A DNA stretch of 64,000 nt. Origin: Mobula hypostoma (taxonomy: Eukaryota). The DNA is taken from contig NC_086108.1 in assembly GCF_963921235.1 (NCBI RefSeq), positions 3,906,001-3,970,000 of the forward strand, in the 5' to 3' direction. The notes under the pieces were generated by a model. The model saw nothing but the letters and a program-made list of their open reading frames with translations. It searched no databases and was not told the origin of the DNA. Positions 22,301-34,650 of this stretch are shown here, one piece after another (position 1 is the first letter of the stretch; each line of letters starts with the position of its first letter). A program made the position numbers and the translations under genes.

Positions 22301-25001
22301 CAATTCACCTGTTTCTGTCTGCAGGGGACCTACATTTGTCTTTACCAGTCTTTTCCTTTTTACATATCTATAAAAGCTTTTACAGTCCGTTTTTATGTTC
22401 TCTGCCAGTTTTCTCTCATAATCTTTTTTCCCCTTCCTAATTAAGCCCTTTGTCCTCCTCTGCTGAACTCTGAATTTCTCCAAGTCCTCAGGTGAGCCAC
22501 TTTCTCTGGCTAATTTGTATGCTTCTTCTTTGGAATTGATACTATCCCTAATTTCTCTTGTCAGCCACGGGTACACTACCTTCCTTGATTTATTCTTTTG
22601 CCAAACTGGGATGAACAATTGTTGTAGTTCATCCATGCAACCTTTAAATGCTTGCCCTTGCATATCCACCGTCAATCCTTTAAGTGTCATTTGCCAGTCT
22701 ATCTTAGCTAATTCACGTCTCATATCTTCAAAGTTACCCCTCTTTAAGTTCAGAACCTTTGTTTCTGAATTAACTATGTCACTCTCCATCTTAATGAAGA
22801 ATTCCACCATATTATGGTCACTCTTACCCAAGGGGCCTCTCATGACAAGATTGCTAATTAACCCTTCCTCATTGCTCAAAACCCAGTCCAGAACAGCCTG
22901 CTCTCTAGTTGGTTCCTCGACATGTTGGTTCAAAAAACCATCCCGCATACATTCCAAGAAATCCTCTTCCTCAGCACCTTTACCAATTTGGTTCACCCAA
23001 TCTACATGTAGATTGAAGTCACCCATTATAACTGCTGTTCCTTTATTGCACACATTTCTAATTTCCTGTTTAATGCCATCTCCAACCTCACTACTACTGT
23101 TAGATGGCCTGTACACAAGTCCCACCAGCGTCTTCTGCCCCTTAGTGTTACGCAGCTCTACCCATATCGATTCCACATCTTCCCGGCTTATGTCCTTCCT
23201 TTCTATTGCGTTAATCTCTTCTTTAACCAGCAACGCCACCCCACCTCCCCTTCCTTCATGTCTATCCCTCCTGAATATTGAATATCCCTGAACGTTGAGC
23301 TCCCATCCCTGGTCACCCTGGAGCCATGTCTCTGTGATCCCAACTATATCATAATCATTAATAACAATCTGCACTTTCAATTCATCCACCTTATTATGAA
23401 TGCTCCTTGCATTGACACACAAAGCCTTCAGGCACTCTTTTACAACTCTCTTAGCCCTTATACAATTATGTTGAAAAGTGGCCCTTTTTAATGCTTGCCC
23501 TGGATTTGTCGGCCTGCCACTTTTACTTTTCTCCTTAGTACTTTTTGCTTCTACCCTCACTTTACACCCCTCTGTCTCTCTGCACTGGTTCCCATCCCCC
23601 TGTTGTGAACTAACCTCCTCACGCCTAGCCTCTTTAATTTGATTCCCACCCCGCAACCATTCTAGTTTAAAGTCACCTCAGCAGCCCCCGCTAATCTCCC
23701 TGCCAGGATATTGGTTCCCCTAGGATTCAAGTATAACCCGTCCTTTTTGTACAGGTCACGCCTGCGCCAAAAGAGGTCCCAATGATCCAAAAACTTGAAT
23801 CCCTGCCCCCTGCTCCAATCCCTCAGCCACGCATTTATCCTCCACCTCATCGCATTCCTACTCTCACTGTCGAGTGGCACAGACAGTAATCCCGAGATTA
23901 CTACCTTTGCAGTCCTTTTTCTCAACTCCCTTCCTAGCTCCCTATATTCTCCTTTCAGGACTTCATCCCTTTTCCTACCTATGTCATTGGTACCTATACG
24001 TACCACAACCTCTGGCTCCTCACCTTCCCACTTCAGGATATCTTGGACACGATCAGAAATATCCCGGACCCTGGCACCAGGGAGGCAAACTACCATCTGG
24101 GTCTCTGGACTGCGTCCACAGAATTGCCTATCTGACCCCCTTACTATCGAGTCCCCTATCACAACTGCCCTCCTCTTCCTTGCCCTACCCTTCTGAGCTA
24201 CAGGGCCAGACTCTGTGCCGGAGGCACGGCCACTGTCGCTGATGAGAATGACAGCTGTCTTCAAATTGGCAGATAAAGTGTCTGCTTTCAAAGCCAAACT
24301 GGAACTGTGGGGATGGTGAGTGGACAGGGGCATATTTGACATGTTCCCAACATTAGCTGGGATTTTGGGAGAGAATGAGGCTGCACCGTCCTTCTCACAG
24401 CTGTCGACCGAATTCGAGCATTACTTCCCAACCGCAAATGACCCAAGACGTGCAAAGGAATGGGTCCGTGACCTCTTTGTGAATGTCCCCGGTGAATCAT
24501 CCATGTCAGCGTGGGAAGAAGATCAACTCCTTGAGCTTGCAAATGACGGTGGGCTGAAAGGTATGTTTGACATAACATCTCTGCTGGCATTCTGGATCAA
24601 AGTCAAGGCTGAATATCCTGAGATAGCCACGAAAGCACTGAAAACTTTGCTTCCATTTCCAACATCATATCTCTGTGAAGCGGAGTTTTCTGCAATGAAT
24701 GCAATGAAAACTAAATTGCGGAATAGACTGGACATAAGGAACCCCCTTATGACTTGTAATTGACTTATCACTATATTCATGCAAGGAAAATATGCGCTGT
24801 GTGTTGTTAGATAAACCTTTTTAGAAACAAAATTGAGCTTATTAGCCACTGATAAGTGACTTATAGTTGACTTATCACCCATATTCCGGTCGTGATTAAC
24901 ACTCCCCCAGCGCCCCCCCCCCACCAAGTTGGTTGGTCCACCCACAAGAATATTGTCAATATTAAACCGGTCCGCAGTGCAAAAAAGGTTGGGGACCCCT
25001 G
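19334..25001 (+). mobile_element. hAT (Charlie/Buster) DNA transposon with a pseudogenised transposase
   Basis: TIRs CAGTGGTCCCCAACC / GGTTGGGGACCCCTG; degenerate 8-bp TSD CGCAAGAG/CACAAGTG. BED finger (KYGF..PLCVIC..EAMKP), ASYLVA..IAKAKKPFTVGEEL and C-terminal LPFPTSYLCEAEFS..KTKLRNRL, with stops, frameshifts and an internal deletion. Confidence 0.93.
20521..24243 (-). mobile_element. Young CR1 LINE nested in the hAT: 5'-truncated ORF1 (SGNH esterase) and complete ORF2 (APE-RT) with one frameshift near 22147
   Basis: GDSIVRG/GTND esterase motifs; APE ORF 22139-23656; RT ORF 20626-22164 (PQGSVLGP, FADD); GAGAA duplicated at 20519-20523 and 24244-24248. Confidence 0.96.
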
Positions 25002-25639
25002 CACAAGTGACTGAATCTTGTTCTTAGTTTGTGAGCTGTATTATAATGGGTGAATCATAGTCACAGAGCTCAGAAACAAGCTTCTTGTTCTACTGAGCCT
25101 GCAACAGTAGATCATAGAACATCACAGCACTGTACAGGCCATTTGGCCCATAATGTTGTGCTGACATTTTACCATGCTCTAAAGATTAATCTAACCCTTC
25201 CCTCCTGACTTGATGCACAAGGGCGAGGGTTCCCAACCTGGGGTCCATGGCATAAAAACGATTGGGAACCCCTGCACCAGGGGAACTTTACAGCGGCCAG
25301 TCAACCTTCCAAACTGGAAGGTTGGAGCACCCACAGGAAACTGGAGCACCCACAGGAGTCCCACACGGTCACAGGGAGAATGTATAAATACCACACACAT
25401 TATCAAAGCAGGATCACTGAGGCAAGGGCTCTGCAAATTGTACTGCCATCCCACTCAACGCCACTGTGTACATACAAAGTACACACTTAAAAAACGCTTG
25501 GGGCTGCGATTGTTTAAAAGTCGTCTCAGTGTCCAGGAAACCATCTGCTAAGAGGCCAGCATGGATTTAAGATTAAAACTCTACCCAGCGGCAGTAAAGC
25601 AGAGGAAAAGACTTGATAGAAATAGAATGAGGTGGCAGA

Positions 25640-28600
25640 TAAATGTGTGGAGCAGGGGGCAGAGATTCAGATTTCTGGATCCTTGGGACCTCTTCTGAAG
25701 TGGGTGTGATCTGTACAAAAGGGACAGATTGCACTTGAGTCCCAGGGGGTCCAACATCCTTGCAAACAGGTTTTCCAGAACTGTTGGGAGTGGTTTAACC
25801 TAATATGGCAGGGGGCTGGGAATCAGTACGATAGAGCGGATGATGAGCTAGCAGAATATGAATGTAAGGAAGGACAAGCCAATGATTGGGTACAAATGCA
25901 GATAGTTCAAGGAGTTAAATTGTACCACAGAGGAAAAATTCAAAAGGGGCGAAGAATGCAGGACTGAAGGTGCTGTATTTACATGCACATACTATTTGGA
26001 ATAAGGTGGATGAACTCGTGGCGCAATTGGAGATTGGTTGGTATGATGTTGTGGACATCACTGAGTCGTGGCTGAAAGAAGGTCATAGTTGGGAGCTTAA
26101 CGACACAGAATATACTTTGTATCAAAAGGACAGGCTGGAAGGCATAGGCAGTGGAATCACATCTTTAGAAAGAAGTGATGAATGTCGAATCTTTGTGGGT
26201 GGAGTTAAGAAACTGCAAGGGTAAAAAAAAACATTATGGGAATCATATATAGGCTCCAAATAGTAGCCAAGATGTGACGTTGAGATTGCAAAGGGAGCTG
26301 GAAAAAGTATGTAATAAGGGTAGTGTCACAATTTTAATAGGGGACTTCAATTTGCAAGGGGATTGGGAAAATCAAGTTGATGTCAGATGACAAGAGAGGG
26401 AATTTGTTGGATGCCTACAAGATGACTTCTTAGAGCAGCTTGTGCTTAAGTCTACTTGGGGAAAGGCTATCTTAGATTGGGTGTTGTGTAATAATCCAGG
26501 TTTTGTTAGGGAGCTTAAGGTAAAAGAACCTTTAGGAGGCAGTGATCATAATATGATTGAGTTCGTACTAGAATTTGAGAGGGTGCAGCATAACTCACAT
26601 GTATCAGTATCGTATTGGAATAAAGGGAATTACAGAGGCATGAGAGAGGAGCTTGCCCAGATGAATTGGAGGAGGATACTGGCAGGGATGACAGCAGAGC
26701 AGAAGTGGCTGAAGTTTCTGGGAACAGTTCACAAGGCGCAGGATAGGTATGTCCCACAGAAGAAATTGTTCTCAAATGGCAAGGGTAGGCAACTGTGGCT
26801 GACAGGGGAAGTTATTGAAATGCATAAAAGCCAAGGAAAGGGCATATAAGGTATTAAAGTGAGTGGGAAGTTGGATGATTGGAAAATCATCCAACAAAAG
26901 GCAACTAAAAAAGCCATAAGAAGGGAAAAGGTGAAATACGAGGGCAAACTAGCCAATAATATAAAGCAGGACATTAAAAGTTTTGTTCAATTTTACAAGG
27001 AGTAAAGGGAGGTGAGAGTTGATATTGGACCACTAATGCTGGTGAGATAGCAATGGAGGCCAGAGAAATGGCGGAAGAACTTAATGGGTATCTTGCATCA
27101 GTCTTCACTGTGGAAGACACTAGCAAACAGTGTGTCTGAGGTTCGTGAGTGTCAGGGAGCAGGAGATAGCAGATGCATTGGGTATGATCTTTCAAGAATC
27201 AAATAGATTCTGGCATGTTTCCGGAGGACTGGAAAATTTCAAATGTCATTCTACTCTTTAAGAAGGGAGTAAGGCAAAAGAAATGAAAGTAGCCTAACCT
27301 CAGTGGTTGGGAAAGTGTTGGAGTCTACTATTAAGGATGAGGTTTCAGTGTACTTGGAGACTAATGATAAAATTAGTCAAAGTCAGCATAGTTTCTGTAA
27401 AGGGATATCTCGCCTGACAAGTCTGTTAAGAGTTCTTCGAGGAAGTAACAAACAGGGTGGACAAAGGAGAGGCAGTGGATGTCATTTACTTGGATTTTCA
27501 GAAGGCATTTGATAAGGTGCCACACATGAGACAGTCCCATGGCTTTGCAGGAAAGATACTGGCATGGATAGAGGAATGACTGACAGGCAGAAGGCACCCA
27601 GTGGGAATAAAGGGGGCCTTCACTGGTTGGCTGCCAGTGACTAGTGGTCAGGGGACAGTATTGGGACCGCTACTTTTCACATTGTTTGTCATTTATTTGG
27701 ATAATGGAATTGATGGCTTTGTGGCAAAGTTTGCAGATGATACGAAGATAGGTGGAGGGGTAGGTAGTGCCGAGGAAGCAATGTGATTGCAACAGGACTT
27801 AGACAAATTGGAAGAATGGGCAAAAAAGTGGCAGCTGGAATACAGTGCTGGGAAATGTATGATAATGCATTTTGGTAAAAGGAACAATAGTGCAGACTAT
27901 TATCTAAATGGGGAAAAATTCAAACATCAGAGGTACAGATGGACTTGGGAGTCCTCGTGCAAGACTCCAGAAGGTTAACTTACAGGTGAGTCTGTGGTAA
28001 AGAAGGCAAATGCAGTGCTGGCATTTATTTCAAGGGGAATAGAATATAAAAACAAGGAGATAATGCTGAGGCTTTATAAGACACTAGTCAGGCTGCACTT
28101 GGAGTATTGTCAACTGTTTTGGGCCCCATATCTCAGAAAGGATGTGTAGTCATTGGAGAGAGTCCAGAAGAGGTTCATGAGGATGACTCCAGGAATGAAG
28201 GGGTTAACATATGACGAGTGTTTGGCAGTTTTGGACCTGAAGTCAGTGTAATTTAGAGGAGAGAGAGTGTGTGTGTGTGTGAAATCTCATGAAGCACTAC
28301 TGAATGTTGAAAGGACTAGATAAGGTGGATTGGAGAGGATGTTTCCTATGGTGGGGATATCCAGAATTCAAGGGCACAGCCTCAAAATTGAGGGGCAACC
28401 CTTTAGAACTGAGGTAAGGAGGAATTTTTTTTAACCAGAGTGTAGTGAATCTCTGGAATGCTCTGCCACAGACAGCTGTGGCAGCCAAGACCGTGGGTAT
28501 ATTTAAAGCGAAAATTGGTAGTTTCCTGATTGGTCAGGATATCAAAAGTTTTGGTGAGGAGGCAGGTGTATGGGATTGAGTGAGATCCGGAACCAGCCGT

Positions 28601-28670
28601 GATGGAATGGCAGAGCAGACTGGGTGGGCTGAATGGCCTAATTCTGCTCCCATGTCTTGTGGTCTTATGG
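25640..28670 (+). mobile_element. Older degenerate CR1 LINE, end of ORF1 through 3' UTR
   Basis: Fragmented APE/RT ORFs (25970, 26442, 27303, 27601, 27787); same subfamily as 11645-13510. Confidence 0.9.
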
Positions 28671-30274
28671 ATTTGGTGTCTCTGAGCTGCGTAAATGCAT
28701 GACTATGCTGAAATGGCCCCACGCATAAATCATTTGTTGCTGCGCAGCTGGAATTGGAAACAGCCAGAAAAAGTTTATGAAATATGAAAAATTTTCTTTA
28801 TTGTACTGTATTTCATTATACCCTTCAATTAATAAATAAAATCAAAACTATATGATTTTTCAGTTTTCATTCTAAATATTCATTGTAAGGATATTACAAA
28901 CAAAAAACATTTAAAGTACTGCACAGTTTTCAGGCCGTGTAAAAGTTTACTGTTCAGAGCAATGGTTGGTTTGCACAGCTGTAAAATAAATTCGAGCGAA
29001 CGTTGCTGGCGTGTATCCTAGTATTCCAACTATAGGAAAATACAGGCCACACCTGCATTACGGCCTTTCATAGAACTACACGGCACAGACAGTACAGGCC
29101 CTTTGACCCACAAAGTGCTGTCAGCCTTTTAACCTACTCTAAGATCAATCTAACCCTTTCCTCCTACAAAGCCCTTCATTTTTCTTTCATCCACGTGTCT
29201 ATCTAAGAGTCTTTTAAAGGTCTCTAATGTATCTGCCTCTTCCACCACTCCATACACCCACATTCTTTGCAGATAAAAAAAATTATTTTTGGGGACATCC
29301 CTCCCCAATACTTTCCTCCAATCACCTTAAAATCATGCTCACTCATATTAGCCATTTCTGCCCTGGCGAAAAAGGCACCGGTTATTCATTTGTCTCTGGA
29401 ATCCACATGGAGGGGAGGAGAAGATGATGGCGTGACGCAGCGTGCGCGGCTGCTCCGAATTGATATCATATTTGTTAAATAGGGGCCATGCACGATCCTG
29501 ATTTGATGGAGGCGGACATGAGAAGCACGGACAAACATCTGGAGAAACTTCTGAAATGCCTGCTTCGCTGCCGCTGCGCGATCAAGAATCTCCAGAGGGG
29601 AAGGCCCCAAATCCTTGGCTTTGCCTATTGCCTGTTGCCAGGGCCAGGGTCGAAGTGCTCGGCAGAGTTGGTGTTCGGTGTCAGAGGCTCGAAGTTCGGA
29701 CGGACTCAGAGTCGGACTGTGGTCGGGTGCTTCCGGGATGCTGCATCGGCAAGTTTGCGGCGCTGGAAGCTCATGGTAGGGAGAGTTTCTCCCTTCAACC
29801 ATCTGCGTAAGATGATGGGACCTTCAAGAGACTTTGAGACACTTTTTTTTACCGTGCCCATGGTTTGTTCTTCATCAAATTACGGTATTTGCTTTGCACT
29901 GTTGAAACTATATGTTATAATTATGTGGGTTTTGTTAGTTTTTTTTTAGTCTTGGTTCGTCTTGTGTTTCTGTGATATCATTCTGGAGGAACAAATTGTA
30001 TCATTTCTTAATGCATGCATTACTAAATGACAATAAAAGCAGACTGTGTGTCCTCATAATCTAATCTAATCTAATCTCTTATCATCTGGTACACCTTGTA
30101 TCAAGTCACCTCATCCTCCTTCACTCCAAAAAGAAAAGCCCTCACTTGCTCAGCGTATCCCCAGCAAGGGAAATTCTCCCTTGCAGAAATCACATAATCA
30201 CCTAAAAATCTGAGGTGGTGGAATGAATCTCCTCCAATGGAATTCATATGTGGATGTGAGACATTTTTTTAAAC

Positions 30275-31190
30275 TGTTAACCACAAGAAATTCTGCAGAT
30301 GCTGGGAATCCACAGCAACACATGCACAAAATTCTGGTGGTCAGGCAGCCTCTATGGAAATGAATAAACAGTCGATGTTTGGGGATGAGACCCTTCATCA
30401 GGACTGGAAAGGAAGATGCCAGAATAAAAAGGTAGGAAGAGGGCAAGGAGGCTAGCTGAAAGTTGATAGGTGAAGCCAGGTGGGTGGGAAAGATAAAGGG
30501 CTGGAGAGGAAGGAATCTGATAGGAGAGGAGAGTGGACCGTAGGAGAAAGGGAAGGAGGGGACTCAGAACGAAGTGAGAAGAGGTAAATGGCCAGAGTGG
30601 GGAATAGAAGAAGAGGGGAGGGGGAGGGAGTTTTTTTTTAACCGGAAGGAGAAATCAATATTCATGCCATCATCTTGGAGGCTACCCAGACAGAATATAA
30701 GTTGTTGCTTCACTACCTTGAGGATGGCCTCATCCTGGCACAAGAGGAGGCCATGGACTGGCAGGTTGGAAGGGGAATGAGTATCTGAAGTAAAATGTTT
30801 GGCCTCTGGGAAGTTCTACTTTTGGTGGGTGGAGCAGAGGTGCAGGACAAAATGGTCCCCCAGTTTACGACTGGTCTCACCAGTGTAGAGGAGCACCAGA
30901 CACAGCAGACAACCCCAGCAGATCTGCAGGTGAAGTGTTGCCTCACCTGAAAGGACTGTTTGGGGGCCCTGAATGGAGGTGAGGGAGGAGGTGAATGGGC
31001 AGGTGTGGCACTTATGCTGCTTGCAGGGGATAAGTGCCAAGAGGGAGATTAGCGTAGAGGTTTGAGTGGACAAGGGAATTGTGGAGGGAGCAATTCCTTG
31101 TGGAAAGTGGAGAGAGTGGAGAGGTAAAGATATGTTTAGTGGTAGGATCCCTTTGGAGATGGTGGAAGCTGTGGAGGATAATGTGTTGTG
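30275..31190 (-). mobile_element. Penelope-like element fragment: GIY-YIG endonuclease and pLTR with a decayed hammerhead (~30368-30404)
   Basis: C..KCHTCPF, RQHFTC.S.GVV.C..C, LYTGETSRKLGDHF..H; minus strand CTGATGAAGGGTCTCATCCCCAAACATC. Confidence 0.85.
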
Positions 31191-31392
31191 ATACAGGGAG
31201 ATGATAAGACCACATTACAGAAAATCATGATAGGACTGTTTACTAGGAACGGAACTCCACTCCCATAATTCAGGGCTTGTCTATATCTTGTAAATTATCC
31301 TGACCTGGAGGGTAATGAGGTGGGTAAACATGCCACTGCGCATGTCCACCCACCCAGGCATTCTGTCAGAGAGCACTGAGTGAGAATGTGCC

Positions 31393-32115
31393 CTCAGTGG
31401 CCACTTTATGCCTGTGATCAGGTGGTACATTTGCTATATTGAAGAGGCATTTGAATAGCTACATGAAGTGGAAGGGTTATGGGCTGAATGCAGACAACTG
31501 GAACTAGCAAAGGGGATGCTGTGGTCAGCATGGGCCAATTGGGCCGAAGGGCCTGTTTCTATGCTGGATTACTCTATGTACACTTTACTTACAGTATGTG
31601 TGTACACCTGCTTGGTAATAATCTAATCAGCCAATCACATGGCAGCAACTTTTTTATACATAAAAAACATGCAGACACGGTCAAAAGATTCAGTTGGTGT
31701 TCAGACCAACTGTCACTATCGGGAAGAAATGTGATCTAAGTGACTTTGCCTGTGGAATGATTGTTAGTGCTAGATGGGGTGGTTTGAGTATCTCAGGAAC
31801 TGCTGATCTCCTGGGATTTTCATGCATAACAGTCTCTAGCTCTTGAAGAAAATGGTGTGAAAAACAAAAAAAGATCATCCAGTGAGTGGCAGTTCTGTGG
31901 GTGAAATTACCTTACTAATGAGAGAGGTCAGATGAGAATGGCCGGACTGGTTCAAGCCAACAGGAAGGTGATAGTAACTCAAATAACCACAGGTTACAAC
32001 AGTGGTGTGCTGAAGAGTATCTTTAAATGCACAACATGTTGAACCTTGAAGTGGATGGGCTACAGCAGTAGAAGACCAGGTTCCACTCCTGTACCTTGTA
32101 AATTAGCCACTGAGT
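31393..32115 (+). mobile_element. Non-autonomous Tc1/mariner element, interrupted by a CR1 tail fragment
   Basis: CTCAGTGGCCACTTTAT...TAGCCACTGAG termini; transposase HTH remnants homologous to 59590-60230. Confidence 0.7.
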
Positions 32116-32903
32116 ATATACTGAAACATGTATTTTTATGCAGATGCTGCTGGGCTAGAGAGCTGAAGGTATTAGCCATGCAAGAGAATGGGTGGTGGCC
32201 GAGCTTATAAGTTTGTGGACACTCTTAGCCTTTCCCCAGGGTTGGGGAGTCCAAAGCTGGAGGACATGAATAGAATAGAACTTTGTTGTCATTTCTTAGT
32301 ACAACGAGATTGTGGTGCTCCAATCCGTGCAAAACAGATATTTACAATGCATGTGCGACGGTTTAATAAAAAAGTCCATTTACATGCAACAAATGACTTT
32401 GATAGTCCATAACACTGGAAGGCCATGGGCAAGCCGGGAAGTAGCATTATTCAGCTACACAACAGCTCTCAGCACACCATTGGCATCGAGAGTTGTAAGA
32501 TAAGAGGGGAGAGATTTGAAAGAGGTCAGAGAGCTAACTTCTTTACACAGCGTAAATGAGCTGCCAGAGGAAGTGGTCAGGTGGTACATTTGCTATATTA
32601 AAGAGGTATTTGAATAGCTACATGGAGTGGAGAGGTTATGGGCTCTTGGAGCCGTGTCACCCAGCAGCCCATGTGGTTACAGGGAGAACATACAAAATCG
32701 TTACAGCCCTTTGCGGGAATTGAACTCCGCTCTTACAGCTGGCACTGTAAGGGGTTGTCCTAATCGCTGACCTACCATGCCGTGAAGCAAGAGTTGGTAG
32801 GTGATATTCTGAAACTGAATTGCATACTTAGGTCCCATTGGGCCTGGTAGCTAGTCTTTTCATCTGCCTTTTGTCATGTGTCATGTTGTTAATTAACTTG
32901 CAG

Positions 32904-33278
32904 AGGGGTGTCCGAGAATTTAAAGAAGAAACAGCTTCTTATGAGGCAGAAGATAATGCTTCGCTGTGGAACTTTGCGTCGGAAATGGCTCCTGAGTACT
33001 CTGCTGGCGATAGAACAGGAGGGCACCACGGATCGCCAGACTCTTCGCAGGGTGGGAGTCCATCTGGCGCTGGAGCTTCACAGAAACAGGATGTTGCCCC
33101 TCCAGCAGGTAGAGGTTTTGCAAGAGGCGCAGGGCCAACTAGCCCTGGTGTGGGGCAGACGAGGTCGTTCCATGACAAGACCTCGGTGAGGGGCCTGACA
33201 CCCGAAGACATTGCCCAAGCCAGAGACACCAAACAAAGCAGAGAGAAATTGACTCAGCACAGAACACCAAAGCAAACG
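32904..33278 (+). CDS. COQ8B: COQ8B coding exon: RGVREF...QTRSFHDKTSVRGLTPEDIAQARD...TPKQT
   Basis: Acceptor ttgcAG, donor ACG|GTAAGG. 375 nt, phase 0/0. Contains an FH-D...GL..EDI..AR motif typical of COQ8 proteins. Confidence 0.88.
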
Positions 33279-33639
33279 GTAAGGTCTCTGTAAGTTGTTT
33301 ATGTTACATGGAAACATACAGTGAAGTGCTTCATTTTTGTGTCAGCAACCAACACAGTCCAAGGTTAGTGCTGGCGGTAGTCCACAAGTGTCAGCATGCT
33401 TCCAGTGCCAACAGAGCACGCCCACAACTCACTATACCCAATCTGTATGTCTTTGGAATGTATTCTCTCATCTTCTGAGGTCAATTTTCCTTTCGTGAAA
33501 AGACTTGCTCTAGTTTTTGGTGCTGGACTCATCACCAGCCAAGGAGAGATCAAGACAAATTGTCAGCTCTGTTTGTATGTTATATACTTTGATCAAACCA
33601 GAAGCTCCCTCAACACAGGTGCACCAGAAGGCTGTATTC

Positions 33640-34650
33640 CAAGTTCAAAGTAAATTTTATATCAAAGTACATATATGTCACTTCATACATCCCTGAGATT
33701 CACTTTTCTTGTGGGCATACTCAATAACTGTAGAAATGTAACTATAACAGGAGCAATGAATATCTGCCCTTCTGAGGAGTTCAAACAGCGTGCAAAAGAT
33801 GACAAAATGTGCAATTACAAAAATAAATAATAAATAATTAAGCAATAAATATGAGAATGAGATGAAGAGTCCTTGAAAGTGAGTCCATAAGTTGTGGGTA
33901 CATTTCAATGATGGGGTAAGTGAAGTTATTCCCTTTGGTTCAAGAGCCTGATGGTTGAGGGGTAATAATTGCTCCCGAACCTGGTGATGTGGGTCCTGAG
34001 GCTCCTGTACCCTTTTTCCTGATGGCAGCAGCAAGAAGAGAGCATGTCCTGAGGGGTTGGGGGTGTCTCTGATGATGGATGCTGCTTTCCTACGACAGAG
34101 TTTCATTTAGATGTGCTCCATGGTGGGGAGGGTTTTAACTATGATGGACTGGTCTGAATCCACTACTTTTTGTAGTTTTCCATTCAAGGGCGTTGGTGCT
34201 TTCATACCAGGCTGTGATGCAGCCAGTTAATACACTCTCCACTACACGTTTATTGAAGCTTGTCAAAGTTTTAGATATCAGGCCAAATGTTTGCAAACTT
34301 CTCAGGAAGTAGAGGCACTGTCATGCTTTCTTTGTAGTTGCACTTGTGTGCTGGGCCCAGAACAGGTCCTCTGAAATTCCTCTGAGGAATTTAAAGTTGC
34401 TGACTCTCTCCACCTCTGATCCTCCAATGTGGACTGGCTCATGAACCTCTGGTTTCCTCCTCCTGAGGTCTATAATCAGCTCCTTGGTCTTGCTGACATT
34501 GAGTGAGAGGTTGTTGTCATGACACCACTCAACCTTTCGCCACTCAGATTTTCAAACTCCCTCCTATGTGCTGATTCATCTGCACCTTTGATTGGGTCCA
34601 TGACAGAGTGTCATCAGCAAACGTGAATATGGCATTGGACACACGGTCAT
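33640..34650 (-). mobile_element. Rex1/Babar-type LINE fragment
   Basis: RKAASIIRD..GHALFLLLPSG motif plus RT remnants. Confidence 0.8.

Noticed and set aside
23662..24342. 226-aa ORF as a complete esterase gene
   Set aside because: Chimeric: the first ~33 codons are antisense hAT sequence fused to a 5'-truncated CR1 ORF1.
19485..24763. Domesticated ZBED/SCAND3-like gene
   Set aside because: Retains TIRs and TSD, and has stops, frameshifts, an internal deletion and a LINE insertion. It is a dead transposon.
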